Positions 22,670 to 34,690 are shown, counted from the stretch's first letter. The stretch is 42,048 nt of DNA from Octopus bimaculoides (GCF_001194135.2 NC_068982.1:129771516-129813563); one strand, 5' to 3'. Notes: a model not told the origin generated them from the sequence alone. Translations and numbers: made by a program.

Positions 22670-22924
22670 GGTAATCTTCAAGTTTAGGGGTGTAAAAAAA
22701 AGTAAATAAAAATATTCAAGGGAAATAACTGAACGACTTACCAGTATTATCCGTTTTCTTCTAGCTGTTTATAAATAAATCACACCCTAACCCTAACCCT
22801 AACGTCAAACAAATCACGTGTGTGATTTATTTATAAACAGATGTACGGAGAATACTGGTAAGACGTTCAGTTACTTCCCTTGAATATTTTTATTTTTTTT
22901 ACCCACCTAAACTTGAAGATTACC
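22670..22924. repeat. Foldback inverted repeat with telomere-like (CCCTAA)3 in its spacer
   Basis: Arms 22670-22785 and 22820-22924 are reverse complements with a few substitutions and two indels. The spacer contains ccctaaccctaaccctaa. Confidence 0.85.
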
Positions 22925-23036
22925 TGAACTTTCTAGCCTGACCTGAAAGTCCTAGTTGGGTTTATTGTGTCACATGTTCATTCAGCTGTGGGTTGTCAGT
23001 AAAAATAGAAACAATTATAGTCACTACATTCTATAG

Positions 23037-23352
23037 CAGTGGTTCTCAAAGTGGGCAGTATTCCCCCCCCCCCGGGGGGGGGGNNNNNNNNNNNNNNNNN
23101 NNNNNGGGGGGGTGGGGGGTGGAAAGTTCCAAGGGGGTGTTAAAGAAATGAGGGGTGATGATGGGGGTAGCAATTCATGTAAGAACAACAAAATAATGGG
23201 TTCATTAGGTTAAGTTTTTTTTGTGAAATACAGTTGCTTTGAATTTGCTTTAGAAAGAAATCTGTTTGTGAAGGTTAGTTGGGGGTGGGGGCAGTAGGAA
23301 TGTGGCCTGTGTGTCAAGTGGGCAGCAGCCCCAAAATGTTTGGGAAGCACTG
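23037..23352. mobile_element. hAT-superfamily MITE with 8-bp TSD
   Basis: Ends cagtggttctcaaa and tttgggaagcactg. Perfect TSD TTCTATAG at 23029-23036 and 23353-23360. Internal C/G runs abut a gap at 23084-23105. Confidence 0.88.
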
Positions 23353-24152
23353 TTCTATAGCTGTGTCTGTTCAGAATAAAATCACTAAAAAAGTGTAGAT
23401 TTTTCTATATATCAATTGCACATCATTCTCTTCCCACCAATAACCTCAGGCAAAGCATCCCCCTTCCTTCCTTTTTCTTTCCTTCTTTCATGGAAGTAAT
23501 TTGATGGTTGCCAGCTGATAAAATGTCTCCTACAGTATCAGTGTCTTCCTTAGGCCTCAACTCAAGTTCCTGTTTATTTTTATTTCCATTACAGAACACA
23601 GTGTACATATAATACTCATGTTTATTTACTGAGCTTTTATCATTTGCCAACATGTGAAGTGAGTCACTCAGTTATTTATAATTAGGTTGCTATTGCTTAT
23701 CCTCAGAAGACCTATGGACAATCACATTCCAAGAACGACCATCCCATATTTTGAAATACTGACATGGTGTACCAAAGTCTACATTAACCAGTATCTTTCC
23801 TTTATATTCAAGATGGTAGGGAGGATGTGATTTGGTTTCTATTTCTAGCAGGTTGGGTGCCAGCATAAAGGCTCCCTAGTTAGTTTATTTTGTAATTAGA
23901 TGTATCCGTATCAGTAAAGTAGTGATCCTAAGCATTAATTAATCTGTCCTACTTCCATATTATCAGAGACTGAAAAATAGTTTCTCAGCTCCTGTTTTTG
24001 CTTGGTGATATCTACTGCTACTTTACTTTTAAAATTTGGGCAGAAAGTGGATGAGGCAAAGTAGAATAAATATGGTCATGGAAAAAAAATTGCCTTTAGT
24101 TCAAATTCTGTAGGAACTTGCTATGCTTTTCATTTTTCCAGTCTAAATAGAA

Positions 24153-24460
24153 TCATCATCATCATCATCGTTTAACATCCACTTTCCATGCTAGCATGGG
24201 TTGAACGATTTGACTGAGGACTGGTGAAACTAGATGGCTACACCAGGCTCCAATCTGATTTGGCAGAGTTTCTACAGCTGGATGCTCTTCCTAACGCCAA
24301 CCACTCCGAGAGTGTAGAGGGTGCTTTTACATGCCACCGGCATAAAGGCCAGTTAGGCAGTACTGGCAACGGCCATGCTCAAAATGGTGTATTTTACATG
24401 CCACCTGCACAGGAGCCAGTTGGGCGGCACTGGCAACGATCTTGCTCGAATGTCTTTACA
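24153..24460 (-). mobile_element. RTE-tail retroposon copy
   Basis: High similarity to 17702-17975, with a (cat)n tail. Confidence 0.82.
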
Positions 24461-25167
24461 CATGCCATAATTATGTAATTATTGGTTAAGTACAGGAGTT
24501 GGACTAAAATCCTCCCTTTTTCTTCAATGTGTAGCTTTAATATTTTCGTTGACAGTAAAAAAAGAAAAAAAAATGTATTTGATTTATTAGTGATGGCAAT
24601 GACAGTTGAGTACCATAGCTTGGTAAGTTGATAGTATCATTAGTTCATACTCTGTTTCTGATGTGAAAAAGTTCCCAATCAAAACACCTCTAAATGGTTT
24701 AGAATGCATACTACTAAATTGGTACCCTGTATTAGGTACAATTAGCTAAAGACAGACTCTTACGTTCATTTCATAGTATGAGCATCTAGTTGTTTGATCA
24801 CTTCTGAATTAGCTTTTGAACTGGCTGAGTATTCCATAGATGCATGTACCTTAAATGTAATTCTCAAGCAGAATGAAGTGTGACAAGGCTAGATCTTTCA
24901 CAGTCCATCCAACAGGTTCTGTCCACTCAAATTTACTCACAAGGCTGAGGTTGACCTGAGGCTATAGTGAATGTATTTGTTCAAGATGCCACCCAATGGA
25001 ATTGAACTTTTTAATTACCCAGCCACACAATTTACTACAGTAAAGAACAGCTGTGTAATTTAAGGGCTTTTCTTTACCAGGAACAAGGAATAATCAGAAA
25101 AATAACATTCAAAGTTCTAAATAAGGGTGGGAAAATACTTTTTCCTTATTTTAGAAATATCATACTA

Positions 25168-25330
25168 ATCATCATCATCATCGTTTAACGTCCGCTTTCC
25201 ATGCTAGCATGGGTAGGACGATTTGACTGAGGACTGGTGAAACCGAATGGCAACACCAGGCTACAATCTAATTTGGCAGAGTTTCTACAGCTGGATGCCC
25301 TTCCTAACGCCAACCACTCAGAGAGTGTAG
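25168..25330 (-). mobile_element. RTE-tail retroposon copy, 5'-truncated
   Basis: Same family as 17702-17975; actaat on both flanks is a possible 6-bp TSD. Confidence 0.8.
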
Positions 25331-25396
25331 ACTAATAAAATGGAATTAAAATTCAATGAGTAGAAATTTTGTATAAGCATTTGCTTTTCTAGTTTA

Positions 25397-25606
25397 TTAA
25401 TCCTTTTGTTACCATATTTGTGCTGAAATATACCATCTTTCTTTCAAATAATGAAAAATTCAGTAAAATAATTGTCTTTATTAAACTGATGTTTGGAACA
25501 TAAACATGAAATTTTTATGAGGGATTTTTATTCAGATCAGTATGAAACAGGAAGTTTGTATCATAGAACAGAGGGCAGTTTGTCAGATTGGTATCAAAAG
25601 AGTTAA
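25397..25606. mobile_element. TTAA-flanked (piggyBac-type) MITE
   Basis: TTAA-tccttttgttacca...tggtatcaaaagag-TTAA, with imperfect TIRs. Confidence 0.6.
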
Positions 25607-26210
25607 ATATTCAACCTGCCCGAGCCTAGCTCAAAGAAACCAGCTTTATTAATTTAAATTTCAAGCCTATTACAAAAAAAAAAATCCTGAATTTATTGTC
25701 TTTGATTTTTAGAAGATATACTGGAGAACACTTATCTGTTTATTAGGCTATAGCAGGGACCATGTATTTATCAAATTTTGATGCAAGCAAATTATTTGCA
25801 ACATGTACAGAAAACTAAGCAAGCTGAAAGATGCCACAGAAAGCTATTGTCATAACAGAAATAATAGAAAACAGTTTATTTTTTGTTCAACCTGTATTTA
25901 GGATATACATTTTTTTTTAAATGATTTAGTCAGTGCCCATGGCTCTTTGCAGAGCATTTGGGAATGGTAGGAGAAAAAATATTCTCAGAACAAGAGACCT
26001 GATCTAAAGGACATCAAAAGGGCAGGAGGTAGTGTTACATCAGGCAACAGATAAAGTCTACCATCAATTACTAGAGTCTCAAATTTTCAGGTAATTTACC
26101 AGATTGTTCAACTTTCAGAGAGAGAAAAGAGAATGAAGTGCTCTAATAGCAACTGGACCATGTATATTTTGACTCTCTGAGCTATTGTATTTTCACAAGA
26201 TAATTTATTA

Positions 26211-26437
26211 TTGGGTTGTCCAGAAAGTTTGGGCCGATTTTAAAGGAAAGAAAAAGGTCAATAAATACTTGCCATTACATTTTTAATCAACCAAATACGA
26301 ACCATTTTGTTGCACAATGCATCTCCATCTTTCCTTTAACTTGAAAATACCCTCTTCCCAGAACAGAGGTAGTTTCATGGCAAATAAGTCGAAAGGTAAG
26401 CTATTATAAATAGGCATGAACTTTCCGGACAACCCAA
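26211..26437 (-). mobile_element. Mariner internal-deletion derivative (MITE)
   Basis: TA|ttgggttgtccagaaagtt...aactttccggacaacccaa|TA. The minus strand retains the transposase end WEEGIFKLKERWRCIVQQNGSYLVD*. Confidence 0.88.
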
Positions 26438-26976
26438 TAGTTACTCAACCAGAGAAAGGGTAACTAACAAATTATCTTGTGGAAATACAAATGTGATATC
26501 CTAATCATCATCTTTATCATTGTCACTATTTTTATGCCTCCCTTTTCCATGCTAAGATGAGTTGTATGATACTTAACTGAGACAGCATTCTATATCCAGA
26601 TGCCCTGCTTGATTCCAGCCCTTGTTTTTCTTGGTTTTGCATGTTCAAATGCTAAGTCATGAGACATTTTGTTTATGGACATAAACGATAATATTGATAC
26701 TCAAGTAGTGTTAATGCAAAGACTAGTAGAAACAAACACATACATGACAGGCTCTTGTACAGTTTCTACCGAATTTCACTCACAAGGCTAGGAAAGCATA
26801 CGTACATGTATGTATGCAATGAGTTAAGGCAATTTTGATTACATATATCAGTCATACAAAATGCAGAAGATGAATTTTATCTATTAGATATTATCTAGCA
26901 AGTAAAATCCAATTTAAAACACAATGCAGTTTTTTTTCAATTGAGAAACAAATACTATACCGAAAATTTAGAGAAA

Positions 26977-26982
26977 TTTATT
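26977..26982 (-). terminator. Candidate polyadenylation signal of the CASC3-like gene
   Basis: First minus-strand AATAAA that I noticed downstream of the stop codon at 27534, about 550 nt away. Position alone supports it. Confidence 0.3.
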
Positions 26983-27533
26983 TACAAAAATAAACAAACA
27001 AGGGACAATGCAAGTGTTTTTTCATTTTTTTTTAATAAATATTTTATCTGTTGATCTGTTTATATCAATCTTTATAGACAAATGAACAGCAGGGAAAAGG
27101 ATTTTGCTCTGCATATTTTTTTAATATTTTTCTGTTCTTAAGATTTAGTAACCAATGACGACAATCTTTTGATCAATGACAACTAGTCACGATCAGCACA
27201 AGCAATATATCAGTAACTGGGGTTGGGGTGCAAACACACTGCTGACATAGCAAAATATCAGCATTTTAGTTGACAGAGAGGGGCGTACATTTCTCATCCC
27301 ATTCATAGAAAATGTTCACAAAGCACCAAGTGTACCGACAATGGAAATTTGTTTTTTATGCTTATTTTTTTTTAATACATCATATGTGAGCAGAATTTGT
27401 AAAAAAAAGATCAATTCTGGTGAAAAGAACCAGTATAAATCTAATCTGTATTTTCTGAAAGCACAATTGATAGAAAACAATAGCTGATCTTGTCCAAATA
27501 TTTCACAAAATATAATAATGATGGTAATAAATT

Positions 27534-27860
27534 CTAAGCTGCAGCCTCTAATATTGGCTGTGTTGTCTGTTCATTTGTACATGTTTCAGCAAGCTCAACT
27601 TGCTTGTGAGCTGTGTTCAATGGAGTAGAATTCGTTTCCTCTATACTTTTCCCGCCACTAGCTACTGTTGTTGAAGTACAAGTTGAATCACTAGTGGAGG
27701 ATGAGTTCACTATTAGATCTTTGCTGTGACTACCATTTGATTCAGCTGCAACATTAGAGGGAGCTTCTGGAGCTTCTGAACTGTTGCTCTCTGCAGCAGA
27801 TGTAGTGGTCTCACCTGGAGTAGAGCTGTTGGCACTTTGGGATTTTTGAATTTTTACATC
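27534..27860 (-). CDS. CASC3: CASC3-like gene, terminal coding exon (Ser/Thr/Ala/Glu-rich, 108 aa plus stop)
   Basis: Strong acceptor ttttttctttctttctttag|GAT in phase 0, matching the previous exon. The frame is open as DVKIQKSQSANSSTPGETTTSAAESN...QPILEAAA*. It is absent from the ORF track because it has no start codon. Confidence 0.7.
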   Translation of the reverse strand, partial: DVKIQKSQSANSSTPGETTTSAAESNSSEAPEAPSNVAAESNGSHSKDLIVNSSSTSDSTCTSTTVASGGKSIEETNSTPLNTAHKQVELAETCTNEQTTQPILEAAA

Positions 27861-28538
27861 CTAAAGAAAGAAAGAAAAAAAATTCCAATATACCAATGTT
27901 ATGATTAAAAAGCTAACTAAATATGTTCTTTAAAAATATAAACAAATACAACAATAAAATCCAATTAAAGTAAAAAGATATCTCAAAATAAATAAATATG
28001 AATTGTTGCTCTAAATACATTTTTAATTATTTTATGTAAATAGTAGTTTACAGCAGATTGTCTCACCATGATTGCAATTGCATCTCAATGGCCATTCCAT
28101 AATTTCAATTGGCCAGACACCAAACATTTCTATACTCAGTTTACATTGCAGCATATACACACAACATCAAATCTTATAACGGATGGTTGCCAAGAGATTT
28201 TGCTGATGTACAAGTTTAACAAAAAAGACCTAACATACACAGCTAAACAGATACTGGCTTAAGGTGCTAGTATGTACATATCACTAACTTACACAAAAGG
28301 CAAAAAGATCTAAAAAAAATGCTTTAATGTCAAGCAATGCACAACACACACACAGAGTACATGTACTTCATAATACTCAGTTAAAATGTAGATAGCAGTG
28401 GTTCTGAGAAGACCTTCGTTAAAGAATGATTTGACTATTATGTCTTTAATATTAAAGGACTCAAGAGATAAACGTGGGCCTTTAATGTCACAATGGTACG
28501 GGGGGGGGGGGTTATAAAAAGTGCATTCTTTAACTCAC

Positions 28539-28664
28539 TTGAGGGTCAATAATAGGGATAGCCGATTTATGCCTGCGAACTGGTGACCGGCTGGGGCTTG
28601 GCTGCTGTAAATCAGTTGAATAATAGGTGGTGCCTCCTCTAAACATTTCCGGTAAAGCTGAAGT
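28539..28664 (-). CDS. CASC3: CASC3-like gene, penultimate coding exon (42 aa)
   Basis: Acceptor cttgcttcttttag|ACT and donor CAA|GTGAGT, phase 0-0. It encodes TSALPEMFRGGTTYYSTDLQQPSPSRSPVRRHKSAIPIIDPQ, resembling the GGxTYY...RR..(A)IPI C-terminal motif of CASC3/Barentsz. The exon is well supported; the gene name is from recalled similarity. Confidence 0.72.
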
Positions 28665-29285
28665 CTAAAAGAAGCAAGATATCAAAATAAATTAAACAAC
28701 AAAAAAAAAAAGTTATACAAATAAATTTAAAGGCCATAAATTCTAGGGATTCAGTTGAAAATTGACATCAGCATAGCTATTTAATGAACTACATTACATT
28801 AGCTAAATTTATACAACATACAAATCCCTACACATTTATGAAAAGCTGTCAATATGTTTTTTAATAAAGTATTACAATTTATAAAAATCGTATATGCACA
28901 AAGAGAAAATAATACACTTTCAGCCCCACAGGTAGCTTTCTACCTTTTTTTTAAAAATTTTTATCCAAGGGGCTTTTAAGCCAATGTATATATTTAAAAC
29001 TGAATTTGCTTTAAGACACATTGTTATTAAAGACTTAGTTACATATTTCTGTGTTCTTCAACATTTGTGTTCTAAATGTAAACAACTTTCTCATTGGTAA
29101 GATTAAAGATGAAATTTGATGGAGGAGATATGGGGTCTGCTTTACTGTACTTGGAAATATGCTTGTTTGGGTACAGAAAATGCATGGTTCAAGCCTTGCA
29201 GGTAGCATTCTGCCTTTTTTGTCTATTCACAATTCAAAAAAAAAAAAAAAAGAATTATTTATTGAAGATGAGAAAGATAACTTAC

Positions 29286-29485
29286 CTGTGAATGAGTAGA
29301 GGGTGGTGGTGATTGATAACCAGGCATCACTGGAACTTGATAGGGACCATGTGGTGGGGCTCCATATATCATCCCAGCCCCAATATACTGTGGAGGCAAC
29401 ATGGCAGGAGGAGCAGTAGGAATGCTCACAGGCACTGGTGCAGGACCAAACATACGTGGAGCTGAAGGAATGCCAGTGGTAGAAA
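29286..29485 (-). CDS. CASC3: CASC3-like gene, internal Pro-rich coding exon
   Basis: Acceptor ccttcattttag|TT and donor CAG|GTAAG, phase 1-0. It encodes (V)STTGIPSAPRMFGPAPVPVSIPTAPPAMLPPQYIGAGMIYGAPPHGPYQVPVMPGYQSPPPSTHSQ. Confidence 0.75.
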
Positions 29486-29653
29486 CTAAAATGAAGGATA
29501 TATCGCTATGTGTAAGCTGAACAAAAATATCTAGAGTTAAATAAACTATACTAGTATTTTTAAGTCTGTACACTGAAATTAATGATATTTCAATATATAT
29601 ATACTTGTTTATGTTTTTAAATTTTTCTGTTTGTTCTTTTTAGTCAATCCTTG

Positions 29654-29698
<45 letters not shown>

Positions 29699-30617
29699 NN
29701 NNNNNNNNNNNNNNNNNNNNNNNNNNNNNNNNNNNNNNNNNNNNNNNNNNNNNNNNNNNNNNNNNNNNNNNNNNNNNNNNNNNNNNNNNNNNNNNNNNNN
29801 NNNNNNNNNNNNNNNNNNNNNNNNNNNNNNNNNNNNNNNNNNNNNNNNNNNNNNNNNNNNNNNNNNNNNNNNNNNNNNNNNNNNNNNNNNNNNNNNNNNN
29901 NNNNNNNNNNNNNNNNNNNNNNNNNNNNNNNNNNNNNNNNNNNNNNNNNNNNNNNNNNNNNNNNNNNNNNNNNNNNNNNNNNNNNNNNNNNNNNNNNNNN
30001 NNNNNNNNNNNNNNNNNNNNNNNNNNNNNNNNNNNNNNNNNNNNNNNNNNNNNNNNNNNNNNNNNNNNNNNNNNNNNNNNNNNNNNNNNNNNNNNNNNNN
30101 NNNNNNNNNNNNNNNNNNNNNNNNNNNNNNNNNNNNNNNNNNNNNNNNNNNNNNNNNNNNNNNNNNNNNNNNNNNNNNNNNNNNNNNNNNNNNNNNNNNN
30201 NNNNNNNNNNNNNNNNNNNNNNNNNNNNNNNNNNNNNNNNNNNNNNNNNNNNNNNNNNNNNNNNNNNNNNNNNNNNNNNNNNNNNNNNNNNNNNNNNNNN
30301 NNNNNNNNNNNNNNNNNNNNNNNNNNNNNNNNNNNNNNNNNNNNNNNNNNNNNNNNNNNNNNNNNNNNNNNNNNNNNNNNNNNNNNNNNNNNNNNNNNNN
30401 NNNNNNNNNNNNNNNNNNNNNNNNNNNNNNNNNNNNNNNNNNNNNNNNNNNNNNNNNNNNNNNNNNNNNNNNNNNNNNNNNNNNNNNNNNNNNNNNNNNN
30501 NNNNNNNNNNNNNNNNNNNNNNNNNNNNNNNNNNNNNNNNNNNNNNNNNNNNNNNNNNNNNNNNNNNNNNNNNNNNNNNNNNNNNNNNNNNNNNNNNNNN
30601 NNNNNNNNNNNNNNNNN
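29699..30617. other. Assembly gap (919 N) next to a (TA)n microsatellite; smaller gaps at 18433-18442, 23084-23105 and 34068-34175
   Basis: Runs of N in the sequence. Confidence 0.99.
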
Positions 30618-30940
30618 GCTCCAGCAAGTTGTCACATGACACTGTCTGAACTTTAACTGACAATGGAGGGCGCGAAGCCACTTCAGTGTCAGCCTGTCTC
30701 ACCTAGACATGTTATGACTTTCAAGCCATATTCGGTCTTCCCGCTTCAGCCATATATAGAAGCTGGCTTTTTCGACCGCCTCCTGTATCCTCCTTATCAG
30801 TTTTCTCAGTTCCGAGTTTGAAAACGCAAATCTTCTCTTGAATAGCGTTGTCATTTTTCTTTCAATGAAGCCTCTAGCCCCCACTGCCAGATGGTAGTAC
30901 TCGACAGTCCATCCCTGTTCTCTGCACTCTTCGATCATTT
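30618..30940 (-). mobile_element. HERO/R2-like RLE non-LTR retrotransposon 3' end
   Basis: EECREQGWTVEYYHLAVGARGFI...IQEAVEKASFYIWLKRED..W* matches the RLE C-terminus pattern (GW....EVG.RGF...AE.AS..(I/L)W..R). A 3' UTR follows and runs into the gap. Confidence 0.75.
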
Positions 30941-33699
30941 ATACTATATCCAACCATTCCATTTGTTTCAGGATATAGTTATTACTTATCCCTGTTTTTA
31001 AGAAATTTGTCCATGGCATTAGAAAGATTTGTAGGCTTTGACATCACCAGCAAGGGAATTATTAACAATCAAAGATATCTTAGTAAAGCCAGAATATATT
31101 TTAGTGCAAATGAATAGCGCTTTTTCTTGCATTCATGTGAGAACGTAGTATGAATTGAAATGTTGAAGAACAGTAAGGAAATGTCTTATAATTTACTACA
31201 TAAAAAGTCAATTTGGTTGAAATTTTTTCCCAATTAGCATAATTCTTTTCCCTTTCCAACAAAAACTGACCAACTATCTATATAGTAACTTGCAAAAAAA
31301 AAAAAAAAAAAGTGTTTGGTGTAAAAATGCTATAAAATCAGATATTTCTAAAACAGCACATCTGAAAAAACAACTAAATTTTAATTTAAAGATATCTACA
31401 AATATATCTGTATATAATGAATTATATATCAGGAAATATATAAGTGGAATTTTGAAGATTAGCAATATGGTAAATTATAATCATAAAAAAAATTGAGAAA
31501 TTGGTGGTTTAACTGAAATAAATTTTCTTTTTATAAATCAAGAAATGCATAAAAAAAGAAAAAGAAAAAAAAAAAATCAAAATACCTAGCAGTATTCTTT
31601 ACCTGATATTAAGCAAATTTCAGCAATTATGTAAAATCAGTCAAATATAAATGAGATTCACTTTGATACAACATTTTATAAAAGGTGATTAAAACTAGTT
31701 TAAGCTAATATACCATTGAAAACTATTGCAAATAATAATAAAAATATTGTTTCCCAATGAATGGACAATGCAATATGAAATGACTGCAACATGAACTTAG
31801 CATTGAATTTAGTGGAAACCTCAGTGAGCCTCAAACAAATGTAGTACTTTATATGTTACATAGATTAATTAGCAGTTTGCTACACTGAACTAATGTAAAA
31901 AAAACTGTTATAATACATCAATGAACAACTCAGATTTACACAAGTACCTTCAGAGTGAAAAAAATTCTATAAAACAAAATTTGAAAAATGTTTTAAAGAA
32001 GCAGTATTGCAGTATTTTACATAGATAGAATTGAAAAAAAAATTAAAACTAGTTTACGAAAGAGTCACTATAGGACCCTCTATGTGGTCGTTCGACCTGC
32101 TTGAAATCTCCCTCAAATTACACCCTACTATCTTGAAAAAGGAACGACATTTTGAAGAATGAATTCATAGATGTGCAATATCCAAGAAAAAAAGGAGACA
32201 GTCATCACAGGAATGCCCTTGTTTATATGTCTGCTCAGTCAAGGCTGATCTTAGGTTTAACATCAACAAAACATTACACATTCATAATTTACAGTTTAGA
32301 AAGAAAATGCAAACATCCAGTCAAAAGAATAAACATAAATAAGACAAATGTCTTGATACTTTGCAGCTGTACTATTTGATAAACACACACTTCGGTGCCA
32401 TGTCAATATTCATTCAAAATTATGATGTAAGTCACTCATTTTAAAAAAGTAAAGAATGCTCCATTTTCAAATTTAATTTTTATATAAAATAATGAAAATT
32501 AATAATCTTACACACTTGTAGGATAAATGGAATTATTCAACCTTATGGAATCAGAGATAGTTCTCATTTGTTAATCAGTTCTACAGAATTTTCCCCATAA
32601 AATTTAGTATCTATTTTCTAAATAGTTAGGTAAATGTAAAACAATGTTGAATTAAGTTTTTTGACCTGAGACAAAGTACATTAAAGATTTTCATGTTACA
32701 ACTTTGAAAATTCTATTTAGATGGAACATTCTTTTATTATTTAACTGGTTTTGGCATTAGAGCACCACCTTCCAGGTTATTACAGTCTATTACAACAACC
32801 CTAATATTCATTTTATTGACCTTGGAAGGAAGACAAAGTGAACTTTTAGTTTACAAACAAAACAATTCACACAAACAAGCATGCAAACAAGTATTTTTTT
32901 TTTGTTTCTTTTATAACATTAACAAAGTACTGTTATACCTAGAAAAATCACTTAAAAGAAATATAATTATTGGTTAAAAATAACAATTATTTTTGACTAA
33001 GCACAATGTCCTTTTGGAAGGGAAAAGGTATAGTCAACTGGCTCAATCAGGTGTTTGCTTTATAGAAAAACGGGGATAAGAAAAAGTTAATGCCAGAAAT
33101 ATATGAGTTTAGTTAACTTTGGGCACTAAATAAGGTGAAGCACAGTCTCACTTCAACCTGTGTCACCCTAGAACAATAAAACTTAGTGAAACTCAACCCC
33201 TGATGAATTTTATTATCACAGGGTAAAATTCACATAATTTAGTACTAAGTTGGGAAAAGACCAAGATATAAAAGGAGATATTGTAATTAAAGCTAAGAAA
33301 AATTAAATACCTGAAACCAAACAAAAATAAATAAATAAATAAAACAAACAAAACAAAAATATTGGAACAAAATTTAAATAGTAAAATAGACTTTTCCCTT
33401 TAAAGAAGAAACTGAATTAATGAAAATTCAGTACTTCAAAATGGAAAAACAATAATTTATAACAAAACTATGAAAATATTAGTAAAAATATGAGGTATCA
33501 GATAATACATAAAGTAACCCAGTTTACATTAAACATTAGTAATAATATGTAGGTTAGCATGATTAGACTAATATCTAATAAAGATGGATTAAATTTTGTT
33601 GACATGAAGCCAAATGAATGTATGAGACAAAACAATAGTATAAAAAATCCAATCTCTCAATAAATAGTTATAAAGAGATGATGCACAAAATATTTTTGA

Positions 33700-34035
33700 A
33701 GAGGGAAACTGGAAGAGGTAGGCTGAGGAAGACATGGGATGATGTGGTAAAGTACGAACTTCAAATGTTGATCCTCAGAAACACGATGACAAGTGATCAA
33801 GTCCTTTGGAGATTTGCTGTGCTTGAAAAGACCTGTCATACTAAGTGAAATTGTAGTCATGGCTGGTGCCAGTAACACATAAAGGCACCCAATACACTCT
33901 GTGGAGTGGTTGGCATTAGGAAGGGCATCCAGCCATAGAAGCCAAGCCAAAATAGACTGGAGCCTGGTACAGCTCTCCAGTTTATCAGTTCCAGTCAAAC
34001 TGTTTAATCCATGCCTGCATGGAAAATGGACACTA
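33700..34035 (+). mobile_element. RTE LINE 3' fragment
   Basis: GRLRKTWDDVVKYEL...LWRFAVLEKTC followed by the 3' UTR and a gatgatgat tail. Confidence 0.75.
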
Positions 34036-34199
34036 AATCATCAAATGATGATGATATAATATATATANNNNNNNNNNNNNNNNNNNNNNNNNNNNNNNNN
34101 NNNNNNNNNNNNNNNNNNNNNNNNNNNNNNNNNNNNNNNNNNNNNNNNNNNNNNNNNNNNNNNNNNNNNNNNNNNTATATATATATATATATATATATA

Positions 34200-34690
34200 T
34201 CATAATCATCCTTTTACGTCCGCTTTCCATGCTGGCATGGGTTAGACAGTTTGACTGAAGATTGGTGAGCCAGAGGCTGTATCAGGCTCAATCTGATCTG
34301 GCAAAGTTTCTACAGCTGGATGCCCTTCCTAAAGCCAAACACTCAGAGAGTGTAGGGGGTGCTTTTACGTGCCACCGGTATGAGGGCCAGTCCGGCAGCA
34401 GTGGCAATGACCACGTTTGAATGTTGTTTTTCATGTGCCACCAGCGCATATGCCGGTAAAGCGACGCTGGTAACGATCACGCTCAGATGTGCTTTTAACA
34501 TTCCACTGGCATATGTATCATAACCATGTTCCATGCTGGTATGGGTTTGACAGGACCCAATGGAGCGAAGGACTGCACTGTGTCCCAGTGCTTGCTTTGG
34601 CACGGTTTCTACAGTTGGATGCCCTTCCTAACACCAAGCACTTTACAACATGTACTGGGTGCTTTTTTTCATGCCACCGGCACTTGTGAC
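34200..34690 (-). mobile_element. Two adjacent RTE-tail retroposon copies
   Basis: cgtccgctttccatgctggcatggg... at about 34215 and a second diverged start gttccatgctggtatggg at about 34527. Confidence 0.7.

Noticed and set aside
29640-30702. Three long ORFs (331-352 aa) in the ORF track
   Set aside because: They are artefacts of reading through 919 N and (TA)n; they contain no real coding content.
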